A stretch of 64,000 nt of DNA from Candidatus Vogelbacteria bacterium (GCA_903878275.1 CAIRHC010000011.1:19116-83115); one strand, 5' to 3'; shown: positions 18,453 through 28,558, counted from the first letter of the stretch. The notes: generated from the sequence alone by a model not told the origin. Numbers and translations: made by a program.

Positions 18453-20258
18453 ATGACTAAACAAACAAAAACAACCGAGACTGCCGAGCTGAAAACCAAC
18501 TGGGATTTGACTCCCCTTTTTGCCAGCGACAAAGACCCAAAAATCAATCTGGCGGAACAGCAAGCCTTGCGTGCCAGTTATGAATTTATTGACAAGTGGA
18601 AGGATCGCACGGATTATTTGGAAGACCCCAAAATCCTCGCCGAAGCTCTAGTTGAATATGAAGCGTGGCTGAAAAATCACGGCTACAATAATAAAGTTTG
18701 TTATTATTTTCACTTGCAAACCGAACTCGACCAAAACAATCCCGAACTGAAAGCTCGCTACAATAAAGCCAAAGAAATTTCGATTCGGATTCAAAATGAT
18801 ATTCAGTTTTTTACTTTGAATGTGGCGAAGATTGCCCCCAAAAATCGCGCGCGATTTTTGGGGGAACCAGCTCTTTCCCCGTTTAAACATTTTCTCGAAC
18901 ACAGTTTTGCTGAAGCCGAATATTTACTATCCAACGCGGAAGAAAAAATTATCAATCATCACGTCGAATCAGCCTATCTAAATTGGGTGCGCCTGACCGA
19001 AACCGAATTGTCGAAAGAAAAACAAAACGGCAAAACTTTTCCCGAACTACTCGCCGAGGTAAATAACAAAAATCAGAAAAAGCGTGACAAAGCTTTTCTG
19101 GCGGTCAATAAAATTCTCGCCAGCAAATCAGCTGTCGCCGAAGCCGAGCTCAATTCGGTACTGGGTTACAAAAAATCCATCGACGAAATTCGTGGCAGTG
19201 CTCGCCCAGATTTTTTACGACACTTATCAGATGATATGCCGAGCGAGACCGTCGATGCAATGCTTGGGGCTGTCGCCGAAAGATTTGATTTGTCGCAAAG
19301 ATATTACGCTTTTAAAGCCCGAGCATTGGGTTTGAAAAAAATTAAATATTACGAAAAAAATGTCGGCTTCGGACAAACTGAAAAAAAATACAAATACCAA
19401 GAAGCAATAAGTTTAGTCAGCCAAGTTTTAACCAGCCTCAATCAAAACTGGAAAAATATTTTTGATGGCTTTATTAAAAACGGTCAAATTGATGTCTATC
19501 CAAAACAATTTCGCAGTGACGGAGCTTTTTGCACGCATATGTCATCCAAAGAGCCGACTTACATTTTACTCAATTATACCGATCAATTGCGTGATGTCAC
19601 CACACTAGCTCACGAATTTGGTCACGGTTTAAACAATGAGCTGATCAAACAAAAACAACACGAATTTTATTTTGACACACCTGTTTCCACCGCCGAAGTC
19701 GCAAGCACTTTTGTTGAAGATTTTGTGCTAGAAGAAATTGGCAAGCAAGCAGATGAAAAAACTAAACTATCTTTAATGATGGCGAAACTCGACGACGATG
19801 TTTCCACTATTTTCCGCCAGGTTGCCGCCTATCGTTTCGAGCAAGCATTGCACAAAAATTTCCGCGAGCAAGGTTATTTGTCGCAAAAAGAAATTGGTAA
19901 ATTATTTTTGGAAAATATGAAAGCCTATACTGGTCCCGCAATGGACTACCCCACTGGTACCGAAAACTGGTGGATTTACTGGAGCCATTTTCGCAATTTC
20001 TTTTATGTCTATTCTTACGCCAGCGGTCTTCTTATTTCAAAATCGCTCCAAAGTCTTGTCCGACAAAATCCCGACCACATTTCTCGCGTCGAAAAATTCT
20101 TAAGTGCTGGTACTTCTGATTCACCGACCACCATTTTTGCCGAGCTCGGTCTCGACATCCAAACCAAAGACTTTTGGCAAAAAGGTTTAACTGAAATTGA
20201 AAATCTTTTAAACGACACAGAAAAATTGTATAATAGTTTGTATGGAACAAAAAACTAA
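18453..20258 (+). CDS. pepF: oligoendopeptidase F (M3B family)
   Basis: HEFGH zinc motif (LAHEFGHGLNNE), 601 aa, PepF-like overall. Confidence 0.85.
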   Translation: MTKQTKTTETAELKTNWDLTPLFASDKDPKINLAEQQALRASYEFIDKWKDRTDYLEDPKILAEALVEYEAWLKNHGYNNKVCYYFHLQTELDQNNPELKARYNKAKEISIRIQNDIQFFTLNVAKIAPKNRARFLGEPALSPFKHFLEHSFAEAEYLLSNAEEKIINHHVESAYLNWVRLTETELSKEKQNGKTFPELLAEVNNKNQKKRDKAFLAVNKILASKSAVAEAELNSVLGYKKSIDEIRGSARPDFLRHLSDDMPSETVDAMLGAVAERFDLSQRYYAFKARALGLKKIKYYEKNVGFGQTEKKYKYQEAISLVSQVLTSLNQNWKNIFDGFIKNGQIDVYPKQFRSDGAFCTHMSSKEPTYILLNYTDQLRDVTTLAHEFGHGLNNELIKQKQHEFYFDTPVSTAEVASTFVEDFVLEEIGKQADEKTKLSLMMAKLDDDVSTIFRQVAAYRFEQALHKNFREQGYLSQKEIGKLFLENMKAYTGPAMDYPTGTENWWIYWSHFRNFFYVYSYASGLLISKSLQSLVRQNPDHISRVEKFLSAGTSDSPTTIFAELGLDIQTKDFWQKGLTEIENLLNDTEKLYNSLYGTKN

Positions 20259-20535
20259 AAAATCAAAAAACTTTCGTTCAAATAAAAAAGAAAAAGATTT
20301 AGATATTGCGGAATTAAAAACCAAAGTTCAAGAGCAAACCTCCACTTACTTAATGGCAGCTTTTGGTTTTGTCGCCGGTTTGGCGTGGAACGAAGCGATA
20401 AAATCACTCATTGACACTTTTTTCCCGCTCGACAAAAACACGGTGATCGTTAAATTTGTTTATGCAATTCTCGTGACTACCGTTTTGGTCATCGCCTCGA
20501 TTTACCTCTCCCGCCTTGCCGGAAAGAAGAAATAA
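20242..20535 (+). CDS. small membrane protein, hypothetical
   Basis: 97 aa with two hydrophobic segments; it overlaps the pepF stop by 17 nt. Confidence 0.35.
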   Translation: MEQKTKKSKNFRSNKKEKDLDIAELKTKVQEQTSTYLMAAFGFVAGLAWNEAIKSLIDTFFPLDKNTVIVKFVYAILVTTVLVIASIYLSRLAGKKK

Positions 20536-20555
20536 TTGTAGAGTTACTCGATAAA

Positions 20556-20626
20556 GGGCCTATGGTCTAGTGGTAGAACACGTCATTCGCATTGACGAGA
20601 CGGCGGTCCGATTCCGCCTAGGTCCA
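20556..20626 (+). tRNA. tRNA-Ala (anticodon CGC)
   Basis: Acceptor GGGCCUA/UAGGUCC with a G3:U70 pair (the Ala identity element), anticodon stem CGUCA/UGACG with loop UUCGCAU, T arm GGCGG-UCCGAUU-CCGCC, discriminator A. Confidence 0.8.
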
Positions 20627-20628
20627 CT

Positions 20629-21060
20629 TTAATAAGTTTTTTCTAAGCGAATCTCATCTTCGCCGATCAGACCTTTGTCGCGGAGGAACTTAAGTTTTTC
20701 TTCTGGCAAAATTTTGAAGCCGATTTTTTCGTGGGCTCGAATGGAAATTTTATTATCTTTCTTAATCGTCCCGTATAGAGTTTTGAGCTTGTGGTTTTCG
20801 ACTAAGACTTGATAAATTTTATCCAACAAACCCATTCCGCGAAAATCTGGGCTTAGAACGATCTGAATAAAGCCGGCGTCAATGCCCATCGTAACCGGGA
20901 TAAAACCCACGATCCCCGCTCGTTCATTATCAACAAAAATCGTATGATAATAAGATTCGGTTTTTATCGTTGGCGTCGCAATCATTTCGGAATCAGGCAG
21001 TGACTCAAAATAACCTTCCTCAAACTCGCCCAAACGAATGTCATTGGCATTAGAAAACAT
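20629..21060 (-). CDS. GNAT family N-acetyltransferase
   Basis: 143 aa; the motif layout (GIVGF...RGMGLLDKIY...HEKIGFK) is consistent with GNAT motifs A and B. Confidence 0.5.
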   Translation of the reverse strand: MFSNANDIRLGEFEEGYFESLPDSEMIATPTIKTESYYHTIFVDNERAGIVGFIPVTMGIDAGFIQIVLSPDFRGMGLLDKIYQVLVENHKLKTLYGTIKKDNKISIRAHEKIGFKILPEEKLKFLRDKGLIGEDEIRLEKTY

Positions 21061-21128
21061 ACTATTAAATTATACCACAAGTTAAGTATTGATAAATACC
21101 AGGGATAAGCTATGCTTTTATTAAGAAA

Positions 21129-21722
21129 ATGAAATACCAAGATTTAGTAAAAACGATAAGAAAAGGTGGGGTCGGAATTTTGCCGACCGACACGATTTAT
21201 GGGCTAGTCGGGCTAGCGCTCGCACCAGTAACCGTGGAGCGAATTTATAAACTAAAAAAACGCTCGGACGGTAAACCATTTATCGTCCTTATCGGCTCGT
21301 GGCAAGACCTTGAAAAAATCAATGTTGAAATAACGCCGGATCAAAAAAAGATTTTAAAAAAGGTCTGGCCGGGACCAGTCAGTGTCGTTTTACCTTGCGA
21401 TAACCCTCGCCTTGCCTACTTACATCAAAACAAAAATTTGGCGATACGCTGGGCAAAAAATAATTTTCTAAATCGTTTGATTAAAAAGACCGGACCGCTC
21501 GTCGCGCCGTCTGCCAATCCAGAAGGCTTGAAACCAGCCGAAACAATTACCGAAGCGAAAAAATATTTTGGGGCTGAAGTTGATTTTTATTTCGCCAACA
21601 ATGGCAAACGTCTCACTGGTCAATCCTCTACCTTGATTGAAATAAAAAATGGTAAAATAAATATATTAAGACAAGGAGCTAAAACATCGATGAGGATGTT
21701 CGCTCAAGAAGAAAAAAATTAA
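21129..21722 (+). CDS. tsaC: L-threonylcarbamoyladenylate synthase (YrdC/Sua5 family)
   Basis: ILPTDTIYGLVGLA near the N-terminus and a 197-aa single-domain YrdC size. Confidence 0.8.
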   Translation: MKYQDLVKTIRKGGVGILPTDTIYGLVGLALAPVTVERIYKLKKRSDGKPFIVLIGSWQDLEKINVEITPDQKKILKKVWPGPVSVVLPCDNPRLAYLHQNKNLAIRWAKNNFLNRLIKKTGPLVAPSANPEGLKPAETITEAKKYFGAEVDFYFANNGKRLTGQSSTLIEIKNGKINILRQGAKTSMRMFAQEEKN

Positions 21723-21739
21723 AATTTAATAATAATCCT

Positions 21740-22090
21740 ATGATAAATTACGAGGAATTTTCAAAAGTAGAATTACGAGTAGTCGAAATTTTAGCCGCCG
21801 AACGCGTCGAGGGTTCAGACAAACTTCTCAAGTTAGAAGTATCTCTGGGTGATCCTAAAACTCCTACGGGTTCGGACAAGGAAAAACGACAAATCATCGC
21901 CGGTATCGGCAAAGCTTATGCGCCAGAAAATATTGTGGGATTTAAAATTGTCATTATCGCCAATCTTGAACCAAGGCAATTGATGGGGCTCGAAAGCCAA
22001 GGAATGATTCTCGCCGCCAAAGATAGTAATGGTCGTCCGATTTTATTGCGACCAGAACAAGATGTCCCAGCGGGTGCCAATATCAGCTAA
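21740..22090 (+). CDS. stand-alone tRNA-binding domain protein (EMAP/Myf/CsaA-like OB fold)
   Basis: KVELRVVEILAAERVEGSDKLLKLEVSLGD...RQIIAGIGKAY...GMILAA matches the tRNA-binding domain found in MetRS C-termini, PheT B2 and CsaA. Confidence 0.75.
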   Translation: MINYEEFSKVELRVVEILAAERVEGSDKLLKLEVSLGDPKTPTGSDKEKRQIIAGIGKAYAPENIVGFKIVIIANLEPRQLMGLESQGMILAAKDSNGRPILLRPEQDVPAGANIS

Positions 22091-22100
22091 AAAACAAAAA

Positions 22101-22481
22101 ATGCGAAACAAAGGAGTTATTATTTTTACCTTAATTGCCATTGCGTTAATTTTAATTATCGCCAGAATTTTCCAGTGGTCAGAACCAGAAAAAATCGTCA
22201 CTGATTTCACCTCTTGTGCTGAAGCTGGTTTTCCGGTGATGGAAAGTTATCCTCGACAATGTATCGACAAAGATCAACAAGTTTTTGTTGAAAAAATAAC
22301 AGAGCAAGCTACCAGCACTCAATTTGATATTAAAACCTTAATTCCGGTAAGTACCACCACTTCGAGCTCAAAAACCATTGAAAGCTCAAATGTAATCCCG
22401 GAAAACCCGACCAGCTCGGAAGAAATCCCTAAAACTCCTGCGGGTTCGGGCGTAAGCCTTAAAAATTCGAGCAGTACCTAG
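22101..22481 (+). CDS. hypothetical membrane-anchored protein
   Basis: The start was moved to the internal ATG at 22101 to avoid overlapping the upstream gene; the N-terminus is hydrophobic. Confidence 0.35.
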   Translation: MRNKGVIIFTLIAIALILIIARIFQWSEPEKIVTDFTSCAEAGFPVMESYPRQCIDKDQQVFVEKITEQATSTQFDIKTLIPVSTTTSSSKTIESSNVIPENPTSSEEIPKTPAGSGVSLKNSSST

Positions 22482-22603
22482 CCGTCTCGTCAAGTTCCCA
22501 AAACGCTCAAAAAGGTTATAATAGACCAGTCGATTAGTAGCCTTTTTATTAGTTATTTATATCCTTCCTAATCCGCCAGTAAGGCGGACGGACAAGTAAA
22601 ATT

Positions 22604-23422
22604 ATGGAATCTAAAAGTTCTTGGGGAATCCCCGTTGTTATTTTGGTCGTTATTTTAGCCCTTGGTGGCGCTTATTATTATGGTGGTGTTGGAAACAACG
22701 CTTCTTCGACACCCGCAGTTACTAGCGATTTTGCCTCGAAATTCCGAGCCGTTGACAGCTCCGACAAAATTCTTGGTGATATCAATGCTCCCGCCAAATT
22801 GGTTATTTATTCTGACCTAGAATGTCCAGCTTGTAAAATCTTTCACGAAGAAGTTAAAAAATTAGAACTTGATTATGTCAAAGATGGCAAGGTCGCTCTT
22901 GTCTTCCGACCACTTCCTCTTTTGAGTCTTCATCCAAAGTCACAAAAAGAAACCGAAGCCGCCGAATGTGCTGGTGAGCTTGGCGGTAATGAAAAATTCT
23001 GGGCTTTCGTTGATAAAATTTTCGAAATCACCCCATCAAATAACGGTCTCGATGAAGCTAAATTATCTGAAACCGCTGTTGGTTTAGGTCTTGATGAAAA
23101 AAGTTTTAACGACTGTTTATCGAGCGGAAAATACACCGATGTCGTGAAGAAAAGTATTGACGAAGGATTCAACCTCGGTATTCAAGGTACGCCGTCATTT
23201 GTCATTGTCGGACCAAACAATAATTTCTTAAAAGCTCCAGATCAACAAGGAAATATTTCTGAAATTATCACTGGCGCCTATCCAGCCGATCAACTAAAGC
23301 AAATGATTGATAGTGTTACCAATCCAGCGACTACAACCGAAGCAACCACTAGCTCAACCGAAGAGACAACAGAACCGGTAGTTGAGGTGAATGCCGAAGC
23401 TACCGCAACTCCAGCTCGATAG
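22604..23422 (+). CDS. DsbA-like thiol:disulfide oxidoreductase (thioredoxin fold, CPAC motif), membrane anchored
   Basis: N-terminal transmembrane segment; DLECPACKIFHEE carries a C-x-x-C active site; the C-terminus is Thr/Glu-rich. Confidence 0.75.
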   Translation: MESKSSWGIPVVILVVILALGGAYYYGGVGNNASSTPAVTSDFASKFRAVDSSDKILGDINAPAKLVIYSDLECPACKIFHEEVKKLELDYVKDGKVALVFRPLPLLSLHPKSQKETEAAECAGELGGNEKFWAFVDKIFEITPSNNGLDEAKLSETAVGLGLDEKSFNDCLSSGKYTDVVKKSIDEGFNLGIQGTPSFVIVGPNNNFLKAPDQQGNISEIITGAYPADQLKQMIDSVTNPATTTEATTSSTEETTEPVVEVNAEATATPAR

Positions 23423-23446
23423 ATATAAAAAAGTAGTAAGTAAAAA

Positions 23447-23473
23447 AAGCGAGCCAACCGGCTCGCTTTTTTC
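23447..23473. terminator. bidirectional intrinsic terminator (stem agcgagcc/ggctcgct)
   Basis: aaaaaaagcgagccaaccggctcgctttttt lies between the convergent dsbA-like and rpoD genes. Confidence 0.7.
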
Positions 23474-23506
23474 CTATCTACCCAATCTTTCTGTCACATT
23501 CTTACT

Positions 23507-24826
23507 TTAGTAACCCTGCAACTTCTTCACTTTCTCATGCATCCGAATTTTATCGTGCGCTTTGGCTTCAATCTGTCGGATGCGTTCGCGTGTCACCCCA
23601 AATTCTTTACCAACTTCTTCCAGTGTCCGCATCACACCGTCGATCAGACCATGACGCATCTCCAAAATTTTTCTTTCTTTTGGTGTTAGATCGTCTAAAA
23701 TATCTTCGATCTGATCACGCAAAATTCTAAGTGACGAATCTTGGTCTGGCGAAGAAATTTTATCATCAGCGATAAATTCACCAAGAGTTGATTTGTCATC
23801 GTCATCATCGGTCGGTTTATCAAGGCTCGCGGTGCTCTGATCAATCTTTTCAATCGTATGCACTTTTTCCACTTCGATTCCCATCTCGGTCGCAATTTCT
23901 TGAGGTAATGGATCACGACCAAGGTCTTGCGATAAGCGACGAAAAACTTGTTTGTATTTAGCAATTGTTTCCACCATATGCACCGGAATACGAATCGTCC
24001 GAGATTGATCAGCCAAAGCCCTAGTCACCGCTTGGCGAATCCACCAAGTCGCATAGGTCGAAAATTTATAACCTTTGCGCCAATCAAATTTTTCCACGGC
24101 TTTAAACAAACCGATATTCCCCTCTTGAATCAAATCGAGAAGCGATAGGTCCGCACTTCGACCGATGTATTTTTTCGCAATCGAAACCACCAGACGCAAG
24201 TTGGCACTGGCAAGAGCTTTACGAGCATCTTCGTCACCGAGCAAAATTCTTTTGGCTAAATCTTTTTCTTCCATCCCAGTCAAGAGTTTGTGGCGACCAA
24301 TTTCTCGCAAATACATCTGCACCGAATCAAGCGAGCTGCTGTCACCTTTTTCCGCCTTAATTTTTTCTACTGCCACGATCGGATCTTCGAGCAAACCACC
24401 TTCCTCCAGAATATCGACATTGGCTTCTTCAAATTTTACATACAAATCATCAAGAAAAGTAATGTCATTTTCGATGTTTGGAAATTCTTTTAGCAATTCG
24501 GCAAAAGTAATAAAACCTCGTTGCTTACCTTTCGTAATTAAATTTTTAATTTTAAAATCAATTTTTTCAGCCAGATTTTTTGGCTCGAGCGATTTGGCTT
24601 CTTTTCTGTGTATAATGGTCTGAATTTTCTTCTTCGCCGGCTTGGCTTTATTTTTAGAAACAAGCTTTTTGATCGGTTTTTTTACGACTTTTTTAACCAC
24701 CTTCTTTTTAAGAGATTTCTTTAAAATCTTTTTCTTTGGGTTAACAATTTTGACTAATTTTTTCGCAACTTTTTTCTTTAGGCGAACAGCTTTTGCTGTT
24801 TTAGCCTTTGGTTTACTTTTTGGCAT
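23507..24826 (-). CDS. rpoD: RNA polymerase sigma-70 factor RpoD with a Lys-rich N-terminal extension
   Basis: The conserved [29 protein letters not shown] (region 2.4/3.0) and region 4 near the C-terminus are present; the N-terminal ~70 aa are poly-Lys/Val low complexity. Confidence 0.9.
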   Translation of the reverse strand: MPKSKPKAKTAKAVRLKKKVAKKLVKIVNPKKKILKKSLKKKVVKKVVKKPIKKLVSKNKAKPAKKKIQTIIHRKEAKSLEPKNLAEKIDFKIKNLITKGKQRGFITFAELLKEFPNIENDITFLDDLYVKFEEANVDILEEGGLLEDPIVAVEKIKAEKGDSSSLDSVQMYLREIGRHKLLTGMEEKDLAKRILLGDEDARKALASANLRLVVSIAKKYIGRSADLSLLDLIQEGNIGLFKAVEKFDWRKGYKFSTYATWWIRQAVTRALADQSRTIRIPVHMVETIAKYKQVFRRLSQDLGRDPLPQEIATEMGIEVEKVHTIEKIDQSTASLDKPTDDDDDKSTLGEFIADDKISSPDQDSSLRILRDQIEDILDDLTPKERKILEMRHGLIDGVMRTLEEVGKEFGVTRERIRQIEAKAHDKIRMHEKVKKLQGY

Positions 24827-24877
24827 TTTATTAAAATTAAAACTGATAATTTTTTTGGGCGAACAGCTTTTGCTATT

Positions 24878-26602
24878 TTAGCCTTTTTTAATATTGTTAA
24901 TTTCTTTTAAAATTTCTTGACATTTTTTCAACTTCTCTGAAAGCATTACGGCATCATTTGACTGCTCCGCCAATTTTACTTCCCGCATTATATCCTGCAA
25001 TTCCGCTCGCAAAACCTCTTCTTTTAAATTTGACTTTAGGTCGTTTAGCTCGGCCTCGAGCTTATCTTCATCGCTGTACAAAAGCTCGGCTTCTAGCGCC
25101 AGACGGTTCTTGTCTTTCTCGTATTCCACTATCTTAATAGCAAAATTATCGTCTCCAAGCAAACTTTTGAGCTCGGTTTTGAAAATCTCTAAATCAAATT
25201 TATTAGGCAAATTGGCTCGCCAGAACAAAAGCCCAAAAATCCTTTCTTCGATCATTTTCTGCTTTTTGAGCGAAGTCATCACCTCTTTCTTTTCGATGGC
25301 TTGGACGGTCGGCAAATTTTCTTCAATTTTTATTTTTTTCAAATCATCCCAAATGGCGCTATCTGGTAATTTTAAAATTTGTGATAAACGCCCGACAAAA
25401 TGCGCTTGCTCCATACTTTTATCAAGCACTTTGATATACGGCAAAACGAGATTATTTACGGCAAGAGTTAGATCCAGACCGGTCTTGCCTTCTTGTTTCA
25501 AAGTATCAATCATAAAATCAATATAGTGTTGAGATTGCGAAACAGCGGTAAGCCAATCGGCGGGATTATTTTTAATCACATCAGCTGGATCTTGTCCTGA
25601 TGGCAGTTTGGCAATTTTCACATTGAGCTCCATTGCTCGTGCCAAATTTATCGCCCGCCACGACGCTTTGAGTCCCGCCAAATCATAATCATAAGCCAAC
25701 ACGATATTATCGGTCAGACGCTTGATAAGTTGCAAATGCTTTTCGGTCAAAGCGGTACCAGACACCGCCACGGTATTTAGTAAACCAGCTTGATGTGACA
25801 TCACCAGATCAATTTGCCCTTCCACCAAAATACAGAAATCTTTTTGACGCATTTCTTGTTTGGCTCGATCATAACCATATAGCAAATTAGATTTGTCGTA
25901 TAAAACGGTTTGTGGGGTGTTTACGTATTTGGCGGTGCCGGCTTCCGCCACTCCGAATATCCGGCCGGAAAAACCGACAGTTTTTCCGGCCGGATTAAAC
26001 AACGGAAACATAATCCGCCCACGAAAACGATCATAAGGACGACTATCACGTTTATTGTCCGAAGCCGATTTTGTCGCCAAGCCCGCTTTCTCCATTTCCT
26101 CATCGGTAAAACCACTTTTGCTTAAATAGTCCGCCAAATTTCGCCAACCATTTGGGGCATAACCAAGTCGAAAACTCATAAAAGTTTCTTTAGTCAAACC
26201 GCGATCTTTAATGTACGCCAAAACTTCTGGTTGATTTTTAATATTAACTTGGAAAAATTTTGTCGCCAATTCCAAAACTTGATAAAGCCGATCATTTTCT
26301 GATTTATCTTTCAAATTGACTTTTTCCAAAACCACGCCAGTCCGCTCCGCCAAAAGTTTCAAGGCACCAACAAAATCAAGCCCCTCAATTTCTTGAACAA
26401 AACTAAAAATGTCACCGCCTTTATTGCAACCAAAACAATGATAGGATTCGCGATTCGGCGACACAAAAAACGACGGGCTTTTTTCGTGATGAAACGGACA
26501 GCAAGCACGAAAATTAAGACCGGCTTTTTCCAGTTTGACATAAGAGCCAACAAGCTCGGCAATTCCCAACTTGGTTTTAATTTGTTCAACAGAAGAAGAC
26601 AT
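24878..26602 (-). CDS. dnaG: DNA primase
   Basis: CHC2 zinc finger (CCPFHHEKSPSFFVS...YHCFGCNKGGD) and TOPRIM region (ILVEGQIDLVMS); located upstream of rpoD as in the conserved operon. Confidence 0.9.
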   Translation of the reverse strand: MSSSVEQIKTKLGIAELVGSYVKLEKAGLNFRACCPFHHEKSPSFFVSPNRESYHCFGCNKGGDIFSFVQEIEGLDFVGALKLLAERTGVVLEKVNLKDKSENDRLYQVLELATKFFQVNIKNQPEVLAYIKDRGLTKETFMSFRLGYAPNGWRNLADYLSKSGFTDEEMEKAGLATKSASDNKRDSRPYDRFRGRIMFPLFNPAGKTVGFSGRIFGVAEAGTAKYVNTPQTVLYDKSNLLYGYDRAKQEMRQKDFCILVEGQIDLVMSHQAGLLNTVAVSGTALTEKHLQLIKRLTDNIVLAYDYDLAGLKASWRAINLARAMELNVKIAKLPSGQDPADVIKNNPADWLTAVSQSQHYIDFMIDTLKQEGKTGLDLTLAVNNLVLPYIKVLDKSMEQAHFVGRLSQILKLPDSAIWDDLKKIKIEENLPTVQAIEKKEVMTSLKKQKMIEERIFGLLFWRANLPNKFDLEIFKTELKSLLGDDNFAIKIVEYEKDKNRLALEAELLYSDEDKLEAELNDLKSNLKEEVLRAELQDIMREVKLAEQSNDAVMLSEKLKKCQEILKEINNIKKG

Positions 26603-26676
26603 TTGTAATTATGTTAGCAAAAAATTGATACTTTACGAAAATTGACTTATCTTTGGTCATAATTTATTATAATTAT

Positions 26677-26895
26677 ATGCGTAAAATTAATCTCAAAAAT
26701 GTCGTCTGGAAAGAAGGAAAATACTATGTGGCTTGGAATCTAAACACGGCTGTTTCCAGTTTTGGCGACTCTAAAAAAGAAGCGTTAGCAAGCTTGCAAG
26801 AAGCACTGGAATTACATTTGGAAAATATCCCCTCTGGTAAAATCAACCAGATTGTCCGACCAAGCTTCGCTCCCTTTTGTCTGAAGCATGCCTAA
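26677..26895 (+). CDS. hicB: HicB-family antitoxin (UPF0150)
   Basis: About 72 aa; YYVAWNLNTAVSSFGDSKKEALASLQEALELHLE matches the HicB N-terminal RNase H-like fold pattern; it overlaps the downstream hicA by 8 nt. Confidence 0.55.
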   Translation: MRKINLKNVVWKEGKYYVAWNLNTAVSSFGDSKKEALASLQEALELHLENIPSGKINQIVRPSFAPFCLKHA

Positions 26896-27100
26896 ACCAA
26901 TACCACTTAGCTTAATTTTAAAAGTCCTAAAAAGAGCGGGTTTTATTTTTATTCGACAGAAAGGTTCACACGCTCGTTTTCGCAAAACTGGACGACCAAC
27001 TAGAAACGTTACTCTGAAAATGTCCGCCAAAGAAATCCCTTATGGCACTTTTCAATCAATCTTGATTCAATCAGGATTAGAGGAAAGAGATTTTTTCTAG
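26888..27100 (+). CDS. hicA: HicA-family mRNA interferase toxin
   Basis: 70 aa; LKVLKRAGFIFIRQKGSHARF...G...T matches the HicA/YcfA core with conserved G-S-H. Confidence 0.65.
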   Translation: MPKPIPLSLILKVLKRAGFIFIRQKGSHARFRKTGRPTRNVTLKMSAKEIPYGTFQSILIQSGLEERDFF

Positions 27101-27104
27101 TTAA

Positions 27105-27776
27105 CTACTGAAAAAGTTTAATCAGACTCTGATCCAATATATTTTCTTTTTGTTGCCCTCCGATTGTCCAACTTGTAATTTTGACCAGAACATTTTTTTC
27201 TTGTCCAAGATCAAAAACATACCATTTGTTAGTACCACCACTAGAGGAAGCATTAACGCAGGTGTACAAAACTTTATCGTTCGACAACCCATTAAAGCGA
27301 CAAATACAACTTCCCTCACCTTCTAACCGGTAGCCATCTATTTTCGATGAGTATAGTTTTAGATTTTCAAAATTTTTACCCGAAACACCAATAACTACAT
27401 CTTTGGCAAGTCCCGAGAGAATATCATCATTAACTTTACCAGCGGCTTTCCAATAGCCATCTTTAAAATCAAAGAATAATAAGTTTTTATCCCCTTGTTC
27501 ACAAACCTGTCTCAGGGTAAAACCTTCCTTCAGTTTATTTTCGATGAGACTGCTCTGTGCTTTGATTTGATCCAATGTCCATTTATAATTTAGGCCACTA
27601 TCTTTCTTTTCGGCATCGCTAACTGTACCATCATAGGTTACAAGGCAACCGGTTTTTTGCAATGAACTACCATTATTGACACTCAAGATTTGGACATTTT
27701 GATTTTTGTAATAAACAAAATATCCAACAACTAAAATCGCCAAGATAATAACTAATCCAATCAAATATTTTTTCAT
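27105..27776 (-). CDS. hypothetical exported/membrane-anchored protein (MKKYLIG N-terminus family)
   Basis: N-terminal hydrophobic anchor; no recognisable domain. Confidence 0.4.
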   Translation of the reverse strand: MKKYLIGLVIILAILVVGYFVYYKNQNVQILSVNNGSSLQKTGCLVTYDGTVSDAEKKDSGLNYKWTLDQIKAQSSLIENKLKEGFTLRQVCEQGDKNLLFFDFKDGYWKAAGKVNDDILSGLAKDVVIGVSGKNFENLKLYSSKIDGYRLEGEGSCICRFNGLSNDKVLYTCVNASSSGGTNKWYVFDLGQEKNVLVKITSWTIGGQQKENILDQSLIKLFQ

Positions 27777-27783
27777 AACTTAG

Positions 27784-27797
27784 ATTATTAATTAATA
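27784..27797 (-). promoter_or_regulatory. 14-nt perfect AT palindrome TTATTAATTAATAA immediately upstream of the start codon of the 27105..27776 gene
   Basis: Seen directly; the identical 14-mer recurs at 28538..28551 upstream of the neighbouring paralog. Confidence 0.3.
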
Positions 27798-27847
27798 ATA
27801 CAATTTACTTAGACCAATTCAATCAGGTTTAGAGGAGGAAGATTTTT

Positions 27848-28525
27848 TTAATTAACCTTCAAAGAAGTCAGGATCTTTGTGAAAAGTTCCACCTCTTGGT
27901 CAGGCAGTATCACTCCAGCTAAACCTAGATAAGTCTTATTATCGGCATTGATTGGACTAAGCTCTGGAACAAAAGACCGAGCAACGACTAAAGTTTTTGT
28001 TGAAGTAATTGAAAAATAATAAGTATAAGCGCCACAGCCTTCTACGCCTGAAGTGATTTGGTGACCTTTCAGAGAACCCACATCAAAAGTGTCAACACGA
28101 CCTGGTGATAATTTAAAGGCACCATTTGCAAAAATATCTTTTGCTAAAAATCCTTGAGTTTCATCTAATGTTTCTTTTATATTTTTATTAACTACCCTTA
28201 ACGAAACATTAAAATCGGTGAATTTATCTAAGACTGTTCCATCACCTTTCATATCACAAAAATCACCGTGTTTATAATCTATTGAATGACCGAGGTTCAC
28301 TTCATCACCATTTTTTGTGACAGAAATAAGATTATCTGGATACTCAAATTCCATAGAACTATCTATGTACTTTTTCATACCAGAATTATCCGGTTGAGGC
28401 ACGACCTGTGTTTCTGTCCCCAGCACAGGGACCACTGGGTTATTTTCTTTTTTATTTACTCCTAAATAATAAGCACCGCCCGCGATTAAAACTAGCAAGA
28501 CAATCCCGATAATATATTTTTGCAT
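27848..28525 (-). CDS. hypothetical exported/membrane-anchored protein (MQKYIIG N-terminus; distant paralog of 27105..27776)
   Basis: N-terminal hydrophobic anchor, similar size (225 aa) and the same upstream motif. Confidence 0.4.
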   Translation of the reverse strand: MQKYIIGIVLLVLIAGGAYYLGVNKKENNPVVPVLGTETQVVPQPDNSGMKKYIDSSMEFEYPDNLISVTKNGDEVNLGHSIDYKHGDFCDMKGDGTVLDKFTDFNVSLRVVNKNIKETLDETQGFLAKDIFANGAFKLSPGRVDTFDVGSLKGHQITSGVEGCGAYTYYFSITSTKTLVVARSFVPELSPINADNKTYLGLAGVILPDQEVELFTKILTSLKVN

Positions 28526-28537
28526 ATAATTTTTAGA

Positions 28538-28551
28538 TTATTAATTAATAA
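28538..28551 (-). promoter_or_regulatory. second copy of the TTATTAATTAATAA palindrome, upstream of the 27848..28525 gene
   Basis: Seen directly; it sits within an identical 20-nt context ATTATTAATTAATAATCTAA (coding strand) before both genes. Confidence 0.3.
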
Positions 28552-28558
28552 TCGTTTT

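Noticed and set aside
20242-20535. Assigning a family (for example a holin or DUF) to the 97-aa membrane ORF
   Set aside because: No diagnostic motif could be recognised by eye. It is kept as hypothetical.
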